DNA from: an uncultured Candidatus Saccharibacteria bacterium
GTDB taxonomy: Bacteria; Patescibacteriota; Minisyncoccia; Phycocordibacterales; Phycocordibacteraceae
Direction of reading: 5' to 3'
Length of the DNA: 62,808 nucleotides
Assembly (NCBI GenBank): GCA_964360855.1
Contig: CAYHXV010000003.1
Location: 1-62,808, forward strand
In this document: piece by piece, positions 8,127 to 18,235 of the stretch
Numbering within the stretch: position 1 is the first letter of the stretch
How the letters are laid out: each line of letters opens with the position of its first letter
The notes under the pieces: model-generated
The model's database searches: none
What the model saw: only the letters and a program-made list of their open reading frames with translations
Told to the model about the DNA's origin: nothing
Position numbers and translations under genes: made by a program

Positions 8127-9477
8127 AAACGTTTCCGTATTTATGTTCTCTCTCGTTGCGCTTCTGGCGCCCTCAGCCGCTCACGCGGCTGTTGTTATAA
8201 GTGAGGTGGCATGGATGGGCACGAGCGTGAGTGCTTCTGCTGAATGGATTGAGTTGCAGAATACGGACGCCACTCCTGTTAGCTTGGTGGGGTGGACCCT
8301 GGTGTCTTCCACGGGTGCTCCCGCAATAACACTATCCGGAACCATTGCGGCGAGTGGCTTTTTCTTGCTCGAGCGCACCAGTGACTCGAGTGTTCCCACC
8401 GTTACCGCAGATCAAATTTATAGTGGTGCACTCTCTAATAGTGGAGCAACCCTGACACTGAAAGACAGTACGGGAACAGTAGTTGATACGGTAGTAGGAG
8501 GAACTGACTGGCAGTCTATTGGTGGAGACAATACCACCAAGCACACTCCTCAACGCACGGGTTCCACCTGGAGTACGGCGGCAGCTACGCCGCGCGCATC
8601 AACTGCCTCAGTGTCAAGTACGGCGACCACAACTACTTCGACCTCCACTGAGGACACTATGACGCCGCAAACGAGCATTGGCGGAAATCCACTAGTGCTC
8701 ACCGCTCCGGTGGTACCAAAGCTTTTTATAAGCGCGGGCCCCGGACGCATTGTTTCGGTGGGCGCGACCGTGCCGTATGCTGCACGTGTGTATGACGATG
8801 CGGGAGCCGTTCGTAATGACGTAAATATTGTGTGGTCTTTTGGGGACGGGGAGACAAAGAGTGGTAGAGCAGTGGAGCACGTGTTTGTGCACCCAGGCAC
8901 CTATCTCGTGGTGGTGCATGCCAGTAGTGGGGTAAGCCAAGTCTCGACTGCGCTCACGGTGGAGGCGGTGCGTCCGCTGGTAGAAATCGTTACAAGCGAT
9001 GCATCAGGCATTACGCTCTATAACAGCAGTAGTGGCATTCTCGATCTCTCCTACTGGAAACTCGTGAGTGGTGGAACTGCCTTTACCTTTCCCCTCTTCA
9101 CAGCGCTCCTCCCCAAGAAACAAGTTACGTTTCCTGTGTCTGTTACGGGCCTAACTGCTACTTCAAGCGCACTGAGCCTTTTGTTTCCCAACGGTAAGAC
9201 GGTAACCACGTTTGCCACGTCGTCTGAGATAGCAGCAGTCTCTGAGGCACCACGGGTGCAACCTTTCGTCTTGCCGAGAGGTATACAAGAGGTAGAGGCA
9301 GTAGCGCCTCCTGTAAGTACTAACGCATCCACAACGTATGGCCCTCAGTCCCTGGCCCCAAGCGCTCCCGTTACCTCGGGTGCGCTTGGGGCGTCTGCGA
9401 GCCTTTTTAAATCCCCGTGGACGGCCTCATTTTTTGGGCTCCTAGTTGCAGCCGGCACAATTCTTGCAATACTGTAG
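8119..9477 (+). CDS. Exported lamin-tail-domain (LTD) plus PKD-domain surface protein with C-terminal TM anchor
   Basis: Start moved to ATG 8119 (overlaps the upstream stop); signal peptide ending AAHA; LTD motifs VVISEVAW, EWIEL, LSNSGATLTLKD; PKD motif WSFGDG..HVFVHPGTYLV; C-terminal hydrophobic helix. Confidence 0.8.
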   Translation: MSRNVSVFMFSLVALLAPSAAHAAVVISEVAWMGTSVSASAEWIELQNTDATPVSLVGWTLVSSTGAPAITLSGTIAASGFFLLERTSDSSVPTVTADQIYSGALSNSGATLTLKDSTGTVVDTVVGGTDWQSIGGDNTTKHTPQRTGSTWSTAAATPRASTASVSSTATTTTSTSTEDTMTPQTSIGGNPLVLTAPVVPKLFISAGPGRIVSVGATVPYAARVYDDAGAVRNDVNIVWSFGDGETKSGRAVEHVFVHPGTYLVVVHASSGVSQVSTALTVEAVRPLVEIVTSDASGITLYNSSSGILDLSYWKLVSGGTAFTFPLFTALLPKKQVTFPVSVTGLTATSSALSLLFPNGKTVTTFATSSEIAAVSEAPRVQPFVLPRGIQEVEAVAPPVSTNASTTYGPQSLAPSAPVTSGALGASASLFKSPWTASFFGLLVAAGTILAIL

Positions 9478-9484
9478 GTAATCC

Positions 9485-10336
9485 ATGTCTAAGACCATTC
9501 TTGTTACCGGCGGAGCCGGATTCATTGGCTCGCACTTGTGTGAGCGCCTTTCGCGTGAGGGAAATAGGGTGATATCTCTCGATAACTACTTCACCGGAAC
9601 TAGAGAGAACCATATAGAGGGGGTAGAATACCGAGAGGGACACACCAAAGACATTGAAGCGTTAGTGCCGGAAACACCTGATATCGTGTATCACTTGGGT
9701 GAGTACTCGCGCGTTGAGAAAAGCCTCACCGAGCCTGCACTTGTGTGGGATCTAAATAAGTTAGGTACGTTTGCGGTACTGGAGTTTTGTCGAGTAAAGA
9801 ATGTAAAGATTGTGTACGCCGGATCATCTACGAAGTTTGGAGATGGTGGGCTTGGGCGTGATCAAAGCCCGTATGCCTGGAGCAAAGCAACAAATACTGA
9901 GCTAGTTCAAAATTATGGATTTTGGTACAGACTTCCGTATGCAATTACTTATTTTTATAATGTGTACGGTCCTGGAGAGCGAGCGGGTGCGTATGGTACG
10001 CTCATTGAAATATTCAGACAAAAACGTATAAAGAATGAATCTCTTTCTGTCCACGCTCCCGGCACCCAGAAACGAAACTTTACTCATGTGGAAGACATAG
10101 TGGAAGGACTTATTCTTGTAGGCGATAACGGAGAGGGAAACGATTTCGGGATTGGAGACGAACAAGCCTACTCAGTTCTTGAGGTAGCGCAGATGTTTGG
10201 TGGTGAGATTGAAATGAAACCTGAGGTGCAAGGCAATCGCATGGGCTCCGAGATTGATACTTCGAAAACACGCTCGTTGGGCTGGAAGTGTCGCCGTACG
10301 CTTCCTGAGTATATTGCGAACTCAGGCGGGGTATGA
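9485..10336 (+). CDS. NAD-dependent nucleotide-sugar epimerase/dehydratase
   Basis: LVTGGAGFIGSHL; YAWSK (YxxxK); YFYNVYGP; RNFTHVEDIV. Confidence 0.9.
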   Translation: MSKTILVTGGAGFIGSHLCERLSREGNRVISLDNYFTGTRENHIEGVEYREGHTKDIEALVPETPDIVYHLGEYSRVEKSLTEPALVWDLNKLGTFAVLEFCRVKNVKIVYAGSSTKFGDGGLGRDQSPYAWSKATNTELVQNYGFWYRLPYAITYFYNVYGPGERAGAYGTLIEIFRQKRIKNESLSVHAPGTQKRNFTHVEDIVEGLILVGDNGEGNDFGIGDEQAYSVLEVAQMFGGEIEMKPEVQGNRMGSEIDTSKTRSLGWKCRRTLPEYIANSGGV

Positions 10337-11535
10337 AAAAAATCCTCATATTCTCTCTCCAGTACTACCCATTTGTCGGAGGAGCAGAAGTGGCCATAAA
10401 AGAAATCACCGACCGTATTTCTCTCGATGAATACGAGTTTCATATGGTGACGAGTCGGTTTGACTCAACGCTTCCTAAGACAGAGAAAATTGGGAACGTG
10501 ACCGTGCATCGGATTGGTCTGGCAACAAAGTCGCCGAACATTGCTGATTTGAAAAAAATGCCACTGCATTTCAATAAGTTTCTGTTCCAGTTGCTTGCAG
10601 TTCCGCACGCACTCGCCCTTCATCGGAAACATCACTTTGATATGACTTGGGCAATGATGGCGCACGCTACTGCCGTTCCTGCGGGAATATTCAAATCCTT
10701 TAATCCAAAGACTCCTTACCTCCTTACGCTGCAAGAAGGGGACCCGACTGAGTACATAGAAAAAATGATGAAACCAGTATGGCCACTCTTTCGTCAGGGC
10801 TTCGTGCGTGCAGATGCACTGCAGCCAATCTCTACGTTTCTTCTACTGTGGGGGAAGCGTATGGGATTTACGGGTGAAGAAAAAGTTATTCCAAACGGTG
10901 TAGATACCGAGCGCTTCACGCAGACCTTTTCTAAGGAAGAGATACAGGAAATGAAGAACACACTAAATAAAAAAGAGGGAGATGTATTTATTGTCACCAC
11001 TTCGCGTCTCGTACACAAAAACGCCGTGGACGATGTAATCAACGCCCTCACGCATCTTCCCGAGAACGTATACTTTCTTATTTATGGTATTGGTCCAGAC
11101 GAAGACAAACTGAAAGAATTGGCGCGCACGCGGGGTCTGGATATGCGTGCTCGATTTATGGGACAGATTGGACACAAGGAAATGCCACTCATGCTCTCGA
11201 GTTGTGATATTTTTATTCGCCCTTCACGCTCCGAAGGAATGGGTATTTCCTTTATTGAAGCCATGGCTGCGGGGCTCCCGGTTATAGCCACGCAGGAGGG
11301 AGGCATCAGCGACTTCCTTTTTGATGAGAAACGAAATCCTGGAGTAGAGACAACAGGATGGGCAGTGGACGCGGACTCCCCAGAACAGATCGCGGAGGCA
11401 GTGCGGGACATGCTGGCTAATCCAGAGAAGGTCGCGCAGGTGGTGGCAAATGCCAAAAAACGAGCCCTGACAGGCTTTGATTGGGACACTATAGCCGTTT
11501 CCATGCGAGAACTTTTCAACCGTCTCACGGGTTAG
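10333..11535 (+). CDS. Glycosyltransferase family 4
   Basis: GGAE; IPNGVD; SRLVHKN; EGMGISFIEAMAAGLPVIA (EX7E). Confidence 0.9.
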   Translation: MKKILIFSLQYYPFVGGAEVAIKEITDRISLDEYEFHMVTSRFDSTLPKTEKIGNVTVHRIGLATKSPNIADLKKMPLHFNKFLFQLLAVPHALALHRKHHFDMTWAMMAHATAVPAGIFKSFNPKTPYLLTLQEGDPTEYIEKMMKPVWPLFRQGFVRADALQPISTFLLLWGKRMGFTGEEKVIPNGVDTERFTQTFSKEEIQEMKNTLNKKEGDVFIVTTSRLVHKNAVDDVINALTHLPENVYFLIYGIGPDEDKLKELARTRGLDMRARFMGQIGHKEMPLMLSSCDIFIRPSRSEGMGISFIEAMAAGLPVIATQEGGISDFLFDEKRNPGVETTGWAVDADSPEQIAEAVRDMLANPEKVAQVVANAKKRALTGFDWDTIAVSMRELFNRLTG

Positions 11536-11544
11536 AATAGGCAT

Positions 11545-12648
11545 ATGAAGCCTCTTACGCGACTGGTGGTCGCGACCCCCTTATACCCTCCCGATCTTGG
11601 CGGTCCCGCCACGTATGCCTACCTCCTTGAACAGGAGCTCCCGAAGCGGGGTATCGAGGTCGAGATGGTGAAGTTCGCAGGTGTGCGGCATCTGCCAAAA
11701 CTGATTCGCCACCTCGCGTACTTTTTCAAAGTACTCAAAGCACTACGCTCTGCAGATGCAGTGTTAGCTCTCGACCCCGTATCGGTTGGTTTACCAAGTA
11801 TCCTTGCGGCTCGCATTGCCCGGAAGCCTCTTTTCTTAAAGGTGGGGGGAGACTATGCCTGGGAGCAAGGCATGCAGCGTTTTGGTATTACGTCTTCGCT
11901 CGATGTGTTTGTGCAGGAGCATGCAATTTCGATTTCGGTTCGAGCACTTCGCTTCATACAGGGACGCGTTGCTTCGCGTGCTCGCCGAGTTATTGCACCG
12001 AGTCAGTACCTTGGGGGAATAGTTTCAACGTGGGGAGTTCCTCTGGAACGCATTGTTGTGGTATACAATGGGATTCAAAAAGAGACTGAAGGAACTCTCC
12101 CTGAGGCTCTCAGTACTCGTTCGCATCCTCATATTGTTACGGTGGGGCGTCTCGTGCCCTGGAAGGGGATATCGGGTCTTATCGATGCAGTGGCCAGTCT
12201 CTGTGAGGAGTTTCCGGATATCTCTCTGACGATTGTGGGAGATGGTCCTGATCGCACAACTCTTGAAACGTACGCACGTACCCACTTGTCGGACAGAGTA
12301 ATCTTTACCGGCGCACTCTCGCACGCCGATACTCTTGCAGTTATTGCGAGTGCAGACATGTTTGTATTAAACTCAACGTACGAAGGGCTCTCGCATCTCC
12401 TCATTGAAGCAGCATCTCTTGGAGTTCCTATTGTTGCTACTTCGGTTGGAGGAAACCCTGAAGTTATCCAAGAGGGGGTTAGTGGTCTTTTGGTGCCTCC
12501 CGGAGACTCAGCATTCCTTGCAGACGCAATCACCCGTATCTGCAAGGACGCTGCGTTGCGAGAAAAGCTCCAGGCAGGAGCGCTCGAGTCCGCGAGTATG
12601 TTTACGCAAGAGGTTATGATTACCGGTACCGTGCACGCACTGACATAA
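11545..12648 (+). CDS. Glycosyltransferase family 4
   Basis: PPDLGGPATY; VYNGI; GRLVPWKG; EGLSHLLIEAASLGVPIVA. Confidence 0.9.
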   Translation: MKPLTRLVVATPLYPPDLGGPATYAYLLEQELPKRGIEVEMVKFAGVRHLPKLIRHLAYFFKVLKALRSADAVLALDPVSVGLPSILAARIARKPLFLKVGGDYAWEQGMQRFGITSSLDVFVQEHAISISVRALRFIQGRVASRARRVIAPSQYLGGIVSTWGVPLERIVVVYNGIQKETEGTLPEALSTRSHPHIVTVGRLVPWKGISGLIDAVASLCEEFPDISLTIVGDGPDRTTLETYARTHLSDRVIFTGALSHADTLAVIASADMFVLNSTYEGLSHLLIEAASLGVPIVATSVGGNPEVIQEGVSGLLVPPGDSAFLADAITRICKDAALREKLQAGALESASMFTQEVMITGTVHALT

Positions 12649-12651
12649 GAT

Positions 12652-13764
12652 ATGAAAGTACTTTTCGTAGCGAACGACCCGGGACTCCTTGTTGAAGGAA
12701 GTAGTGTGTACATGCGCATGAAGACTTATGCAGCAGCAATTGGGACGTTGCACATTGTTACCGCGGCAAAGGAAGCAACAGAACTGCACGAAGGCTCACT
12801 GCATTTCTACGGTGTTGTCTGTACCAAACTTACTCGGGTACGTGCCCTGGCAGAAAAAGCACATGAGATCATTGCGCAGGAAGGAATTGAAGTGGTATCT
12901 GCACAAGATCCCTTTGAGCACGGGTTGGCTGCGCTCAGAGCCGTACGAGGCACAAATGCAAAACTGCATATTCAAGTACACACGGACTTCCTGTCTCCGT
13001 GGTTTGCGCGCGCCTCACCATTTCCTCTTTCGCTTCTCAACTTTTTTCGTGTTCGCATTGCCGGAAGAGTCCTCCCTCGTGCTTCAGGTATTCGCGTAGT
13101 ATCGGAGCGTATTAGCGCTTCTCTTACTAACCGATACGGTGCACGCATTCCAGTACCGCAGGTTATTGCGATACAAGTGGCGAGCATGGTTCCGGAGCCA
13201 GTGCCACTTCCCGAACACTCATTTTCGTTTGCCCTTATCACGGTGGGGAGAATCGAGCCAGAAAAAAGAATCAAGGATATTATTTTGGCACTGAATATGG
13301 TGCGCGACACCTGTCCCGAGGTTGGACTCATTGTGGTGGGGAAGGGAACTGAATTGGGGCGACTACAAAAGCAAGTTGCCTCTCTTCACTTAGAGGACCG
13401 GGTGGTGTTCACCAACGACTGGCGTACCGATGCTTGGGGCCTGGTGCGCAGCAGCCAGGGGTACATTCAGGCAAGTGCTTATGAGGGCTATGGGCGCACG
13501 CTCATAGAAGCAGCGCTTGCAGGTGTCCCTATTATCACCACGGATGTGGGAATTGTGGGAGAGGTATTTACCGGAAAGGGCGACGCGCTCGTAGCTCCTG
13601 TATGTTCTCCGCAATCACTTGCCATACATATACGCACACTGGTGTCTTCTTTTGAAGTCCCAAAACAGGTAGGGAGCGCAGGGAGGATAGCCGCCACAAA
13701 GCATCTGGCAGAAACAGATTCGTCAGCCGCAAGCATTGCGGCTGATCTATCGCGCCTCGTATGA
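12652..13764 (+). CDS. Glycosyltransferase family 4
   Basis: VGRIEPEK; EGYGRTLIEAALAGVPIITTDVG. Confidence 0.88.
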   Translation: MKVLFVANDPGLLVEGSSVYMRMKTYAAAIGTLHIVTAAKEATELHEGSLHFYGVVCTKLTRVRALAEKAHEIIAQEGIEVVSAQDPFEHGLAALRAVRGTNAKLHIQVHTDFLSPWFARASPFPLSLLNFFRVRIAGRVLPRASGIRVVSERISASLTNRYGARIPVPQVIAIQVASMVPEPVPLPEHSFSFALITVGRIEPEKRIKDIILALNMVRDTCPEVGLIVVGKGTELGRLQKQVASLHLEDRVVFTNDWRTDAWGLVRSSQGYIQASAYEGYGRTLIEAALAGVPIITTDVGIVGEVFTGKGDALVAPVCSPQSLAIHIRTLVSSFEVPKQVGSAGRIAATKHLAETDSSAASIAADLSRLV

Positions 13765-13822
13765 CATACCGTAAAAATCGTCACGGCAGGTGGCCCCTTA
13801 TTCACTCGCTTTCTGAACTGAT

Positions 13823-14833
13823 ATGAAACTTCTCATCGTCACACAATCAGTAGATAGAAATGACCCGGTGCTTGGCTTTTTCCATCGATGGATAGAGGAA
13901 TTCTCAAAACACTACGAGTGGGTGACAGTAATTGCTCTACGTGTGGGCGACTACGCACTCCCAGACAACGTGACGGTGCTCTCGCTCAAGCAAACAGAAA
14001 GCCAAAGCAAGATGCGTACAGCACTGCGGTTTCTAACGCTCATATACACAAACCGCACACAGTACGAAAAAGTCTTGGTGCATATGAATCCCGAGTATAT
14101 TGTGCTAGGTGGCCTGTTGTGGCGACTGCTGGGTAAACGAACAGGGCTCTGGTACACCCACAAACATACGGGTATCCGTCTGCGTATTGCCGTACTGCTT
14201 TCGCACGTCGTGTTCACTGCTTCTCGTGCGAGTTTTCGTCTAGAGACTAAAAAACTGCACGTTATGGGGCACGGGATCGATTGGCCACAGTTCTTGCGCA
14301 AGACTCGCGCTGAGGGTGCGCCCCTGCACATTGTCACCGTGGGGAGAGTATCTGCTACAAAACGCATACGAGAAATGCTTCAGGGCCTCGACGTGCTAGC
14401 GAAACGCGGAACAAGCTTTACCTTTAGTATTGTGGGGGCCCCCGCCACCCAAAGTGATACGGTGTACCAGGAGTCACTAATGCAAGACGTGTCCAACCAC
14501 ACGTATCCAATTGAATTTCGAGGACCGGTGCGGCACGCACAACTGCCCGAGCTACTTAGTACCGCCGATATTTTTTTGAATCTCAGTAGCACCGGCAGTC
14601 TCGACAAGGCCGTGCTCGAGGCACTGTGTGCTGGCGTGAGCGTGGTGTCCTCAAACGAAGCGTTTGAGGAACTCCTACGACCCTATGGATTGCAGCTCGA
14701 TTCAGTACGTCCGGGGGATATCGCTGATGGTATTGAGCGGGCACTATATACGGATAGCACCGCCTTGAGTGCGCGTGTCCGCAAGGAACACTCGCTCTCT
14801 GAGCTTATTCCGGCTATTCTACGGTCACTATAA
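13823..14833 (+). CDS. Glycosyltransferase family 4
   Basis: MGHGID; VGRVSATK; GSLDKAVLEALCAG. Confidence 0.85.
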   Translation: MKLLIVTQSVDRNDPVLGFFHRWIEEFSKHYEWVTVIALRVGDYALPDNVTVLSLKQTESQSKMRTALRFLTLIYTNRTQYEKVLVHMNPEYIVLGGLLWRLLGKRTGLWYTHKHTGIRLRIAVLLSHVVFTASRASFRLETKKLHVMGHGIDWPQFLRKTRAEGAPLHIVTVGRVSATKRIREMLQGLDVLAKRGTSFTFSIVGAPATQSDTVYQESLMQDVSNHTYPIEFRGPVRHAQLPELLSTADIFLNLSSTGSLDKAVLEALCAGVSVVSSNEAFEELLRPYGLQLDSVRPGDIADGIERALYTDSTALSARVRKEHSLSELIPAILRSL

Positions 14834-14835
14834 GT

Positions 14836-15636
14836 ATGACGAACAGACATGCCACCATTGCCTGTACCGTAGCCGTTCTAACTCGCAACAGTGCGCAGAC
14901 ACTTGCGTGTGCACTTGAGAGTGTGCGTGATTTTGCAGAGATTATTGTGTGTGATAGCGGATCAACCGATGAGACACTCGCTATCGCACACACGTACGGT
15001 GCTCGAGTGATTTCTCAGGACCCACAGTTTTTGGAGCCAGATGGCCGAATCAAGAACTTTGCAGGCGTTCGCAACCAGACACTTTCAGCAGCTACCAACG
15101 TCTGGTTTCTGTTTCTTGATTCAGACGAGTATCTCGGACAGGAATTGCGAGAGGAAGTAGCACGCGTGACCGAGGGTGAGCCTGGAGCATTTTGGATACC
15201 GAGAAAGTATGAACACAAGGGAGTAATTATTGACTGCAGTGTTGCGTACCCATCACAACAAATGCGCTTATTCCACTTGTCGGTTGCGCATACATTTATA
15301 AAAGAAGTACACGAAAAGATTGAACTTAAGAAGGGAATTGTTCCGGGATGGCTTAACGCGGCAATGATTGTGCCTGTGCCTGATACTGTTGAGGAGCTAC
15401 GTGCAAAATGGCGACGCTATATTGAGATCGAACGAACCAGACGTACACCCACCTCAGTGCACGCGTGGATAGTTCCTGCTCTGAAGGATGTGGGTATTGG
15501 CGCACGGTATGCACTACGACTTTGCCTACTGTTGTTTTGCAGAGGGACACGCCTCCCCGTGTCCTATGAATGGGCGCGGGTGTGGTATCAGTGTCTATTA
15601 CTCAAGGAGTCCTTCATAACTATCAATCGGGTATGA
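14836..15636 (+). CDS. Glycosyltransferase family 2
   Basis: VCDSGSTDET; FAGVRN; FLFLDSDE (DxD); VHE. Confidence 0.88.
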   Translation: MTNRHATIACTVAVLTRNSAQTLACALESVRDFAEIIVCDSGSTDETLAIAHTYGARVISQDPQFLEPDGRIKNFAGVRNQTLSAATNVWFLFLDSDEYLGQELREEVARVTEGEPGAFWIPRKYEHKGVIIDCSVAYPSQQMRLFHLSVAHTFIKEVHEKIELKKGIVPGWLNAAMIVPVPDTVEELRAKWRRYIEIERTRRTPTSVHAWIVPALKDVGIGARYALRLCLLLFCRGTRLPVSYEWARVWYQCLLLKESFITINRV

Positions 15637-18203
15637 AGTGGTACTACGTGGCCAATGCGCGCCTGCCAAGTGAAAAAGCGCACGGAATACAAATAGCAAA
15701 AATGTGCGAGGCATTTATAGAGGGCGGGCTCGATATCACACTCTTGGCACCAATGAGAATCGGTGCTCATCCAGATATTCAGGGGTACTACAACTTACGC
15801 GTGCCAGTGCCTGTTCGTTTTTTGCCAACCATTGATACGTACACACTCGGACGAGTAGGATACCGCCTTGGGTCGTATCTTTTTATGCTCGCCGTTGTGG
15901 GATATTTGTGGGGAAAGAGAGTATCGGGAGAGACCTTTAGTGTGTATACCGTTGACCTGGACAACTTTTCGTCCGCCGTTCTGCCTCTTGCTGGCGTGCC
16001 AGTCTATTCAGAGATGCACGGTGGCAAGCCCGACACGCTCTCGCAGAGATTTCTTTTTAGAAACCTTCGTGGGGTGATTGCAATAAATAGCATTATTGCA
16101 AAAGAACTCGCTGACACCTTTCCGGATTCGACCGCAGAAACTTTGGTGGAACCAAACGGAGTGGATGCGTCGCAGTTTTATGCTCGTGATAAAGCGGAGG
16201 CACGTGCGCGGCTCTCGCTGCCACCAAATGAAAAAATAGTGCTATACGCAGGACGACTCTTTGCGTGGAAGGGGCTGGAGGCAATTATTGCTGCTGCGCA
16301 ATGTTCGCCAACAACACAGTGGTATGTGGTCGGAGGCGCCAAAGAGCAGCTTATGCAGCTGACGGATGTCGCAAGTCTTCCGGACAATATTACGTGCGTA
16401 GGAGATCAACCCCATAGCGATATGCCGTACTGGATAGCGGCTGCAGATGTGCTTGTGGTGCTTGGCACAAAGCGAGATCAGCAGTCGTACTGGCACACCT
16501 CGCCAATGAAGCTCTTTGAGTACCTACTCTCAGAAAGACCTATTGTGGCTAGTGGTACGCCGGCCATACGAGAAGTGGTGACTGAGCGCGAGGTATCCTT
16601 CTATGAGCCAGACTCAGCGGAAAGTCTAAATGAAATGGTGGAGCGTGCTCTACTAGACTCCAAAGACATACAAGAAAAGATACGCCCGGCACTCGAGAAA
16701 GGAACGGGCTACTCGTGGCAAGCACGTGCCGCAAGAATTATGGCTTTTATACGGCAACCACGTGCGCACCGAGTCACTGCTTGGGGTTCCCGGGTACTGT
16801 TGGGGCTGTGCGCTGGTTTGGTGCTCTTCTTTACACTCTTTCAACTATTTGAAAGCCCCGAGACTTGGATGGATGAGGGATTGATTATTCAATCAGCACA
16901 AGGACTCCTCCACACGGGAAAGGCAGCACTCCCTGTGGCTCCAGGAATATACGAACCGAGTTGGTACATCACCACCGGGTTTCCGCTCACCCTACCTCTC
17001 GCGGGAGTCTTTGCGCTTTTTGGAACCTCCGTAGAAGGCGCCAGAGTAGTAATGGCACTCTTCCTCATTGCATTCTTTACGATAGCGTATCGGTATACAC
17101 GGAAAGCATTTGTGGGAGCGACAGCGTGGTTAGCATTTCTTCTCCTCGTATTCTTTGCACCATTGTATGGAAATGGACGCAACGTACTTGGCGAAATTCC
17201 CGGACTACTATTTGTTTTTTTCTCAGTATTTCCACTCATTAATGGTAAGGAACTTTCAAAAAAGAGCGCCGTGTGGATAGGGGGATGGGCTGGAATGGCC
17301 GTGGCCACCAAGCCATTGTTTCTCTTATTCCTTCCGGCAGTACTGCTATCACTACTGCTGCGCCATAAGTCGCTTAACCTTTCCAGAGTTTTTTGGTTTG
17401 GGGTACTTGGTGTTTCTGCGCCGATACTAGTGTGGGTAGCTCTGCAGTTTGATGCCACAACGCTTGCGGCGGTTATATCGGTGTACGCAAACCCTCACAA
17501 TGTCTCTGTTGGTGCGAGCATTCTCGCAAATGCTTGGCGGCTAGTCACCGAGGCGCAGCCGCTGTACTTCCTAGGCGCACTTTGCGTTTGGGCGATAAGC
17601 TATGGTGTTCGTCGATGGCGAAAAGTGGAGGTACCAGCGGCAGAGGAGTGTCTGTTGTTTTTTTCTGTGTTAGTTGCGCTCGCGTATCTGCGAACCACCG
17701 GCTACTATCGCTATTTCTTTCCCGCACAAGTATTTGCCCTGCTCTATCTTCCTCAGTCGCTCCTGTACCTGGCGAACTTACTTGGTAGGCGGTACGTCTG
17801 GATAGGAACAGGGGTAGTGGTACTGCTGATTTCGTTTCAAGCACATGCAACAGTCTTTCGTTCGTGGGTTGCCGTCCACTACAACGCTACGCGCACACAA
17901 GCACTCGAGTCATATTTTGAGACTCTCCCTGATACTCAAGAAGTATTTGTGTATCAAGCGCCAGAAATAGTCCCCTTTGCTTATGCGCACGCGGTCAGTC
18001 AGTATGTGCTAGTCACCCCCATAGTGATAGTGGGGGAGAAGTATCGGCCGCAGGTACTCTCGGGAACGGCCTCGCTGGTACTGGTTCCTGGAGAGCTCTA
18101 TCTGAGAGAAGCTACTACTACCTTTAAGCACTACCGCGTTAGTCAACAGATTGACAGATACAGCGTTCTGAGGACAGAACGGCCCATGGTACCCATGCGA
18201 TAG
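15633..18203 (+). CDS. Fusion of a GT4 glycosyltransferase and a multi-TM GT-C (PMT/ArnT-like) glycosyltransferase
   Basis: Start moved to ATG 15633 (ATGA overlap with the GT2 gene); N-terminal half RLPSEKAHGIQI, EPNGVD, GRLFAWKG, SPMKLFEY; C-terminal half has WMDEG in the first loop, then ~10 TM helices. Confidence 0.8.
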   Translation: MKWYYVANARLPSEKAHGIQIAKMCEAFIEGGLDITLLAPMRIGAHPDIQGYYNLRVPVPVRFLPTIDTYTLGRVGYRLGSYLFMLAVVGYLWGKRVSGETFSVYTVDLDNFSSAVLPLAGVPVYSEMHGGKPDTLSQRFLFRNLRGVIAINSIIAKELADTFPDSTAETLVEPNGVDASQFYARDKAEARARLSLPPNEKIVLYAGRLFAWKGLEAIIAAAQCSPTTQWYVVGGAKEQLMQLTDVASLPDNITCVGDQPHSDMPYWIAAADVLVVLGTKRDQQSYWHTSPMKLFEYLLSERPIVASGTPAIREVVTEREVSFYEPDSAESLNEMVERALLDSKDIQEKIRPALEKGTGYSWQARAARIMAFIRQPRAHRVTAWGSRVLLGLCAGLVLFFTLFQLFESPETWMDEGLIIQSAQGLLHTGKAALPVAPGIYEPSWYITTGFPLTLPLAGVFALFGTSVEGARVVMALFLIAFFTIAYRYTRKAFVGATAWLAFLLLVFFAPLYGNGRNVLGEIPGLLFVFFSVFPLINGKELSKKSAVWIGGWAGMAVATKPLFLLFLPAVLLSLLLRHKSLNLSRVFWFGVLGVSAPILVWVALQFDATTLAAVISVYANPHNVSVGASILANAWRLVTEAQPLYFLGALCVWAISYGVRRWRKVEVPAAEECLLFFSVLVALAYLRTTGYYRYFFPAQVFALLYLPQSLLYLANLLGRRYVWIGTGVVVLLISFQAHATVFRSWVAVHYNATRTQALESYFETLPDTQEVFVYQAPEIVPFAYAHAVSQYVLVTPIVIVGEKYRPQVLSGTASLVLVPGELYLREATTTFKHYRVSQQIDRYSVLRTERPMVPMR

Positions 18204-18235
18204 CGCAGGAGAATCCTTTGTCGTAGTATTGATCA

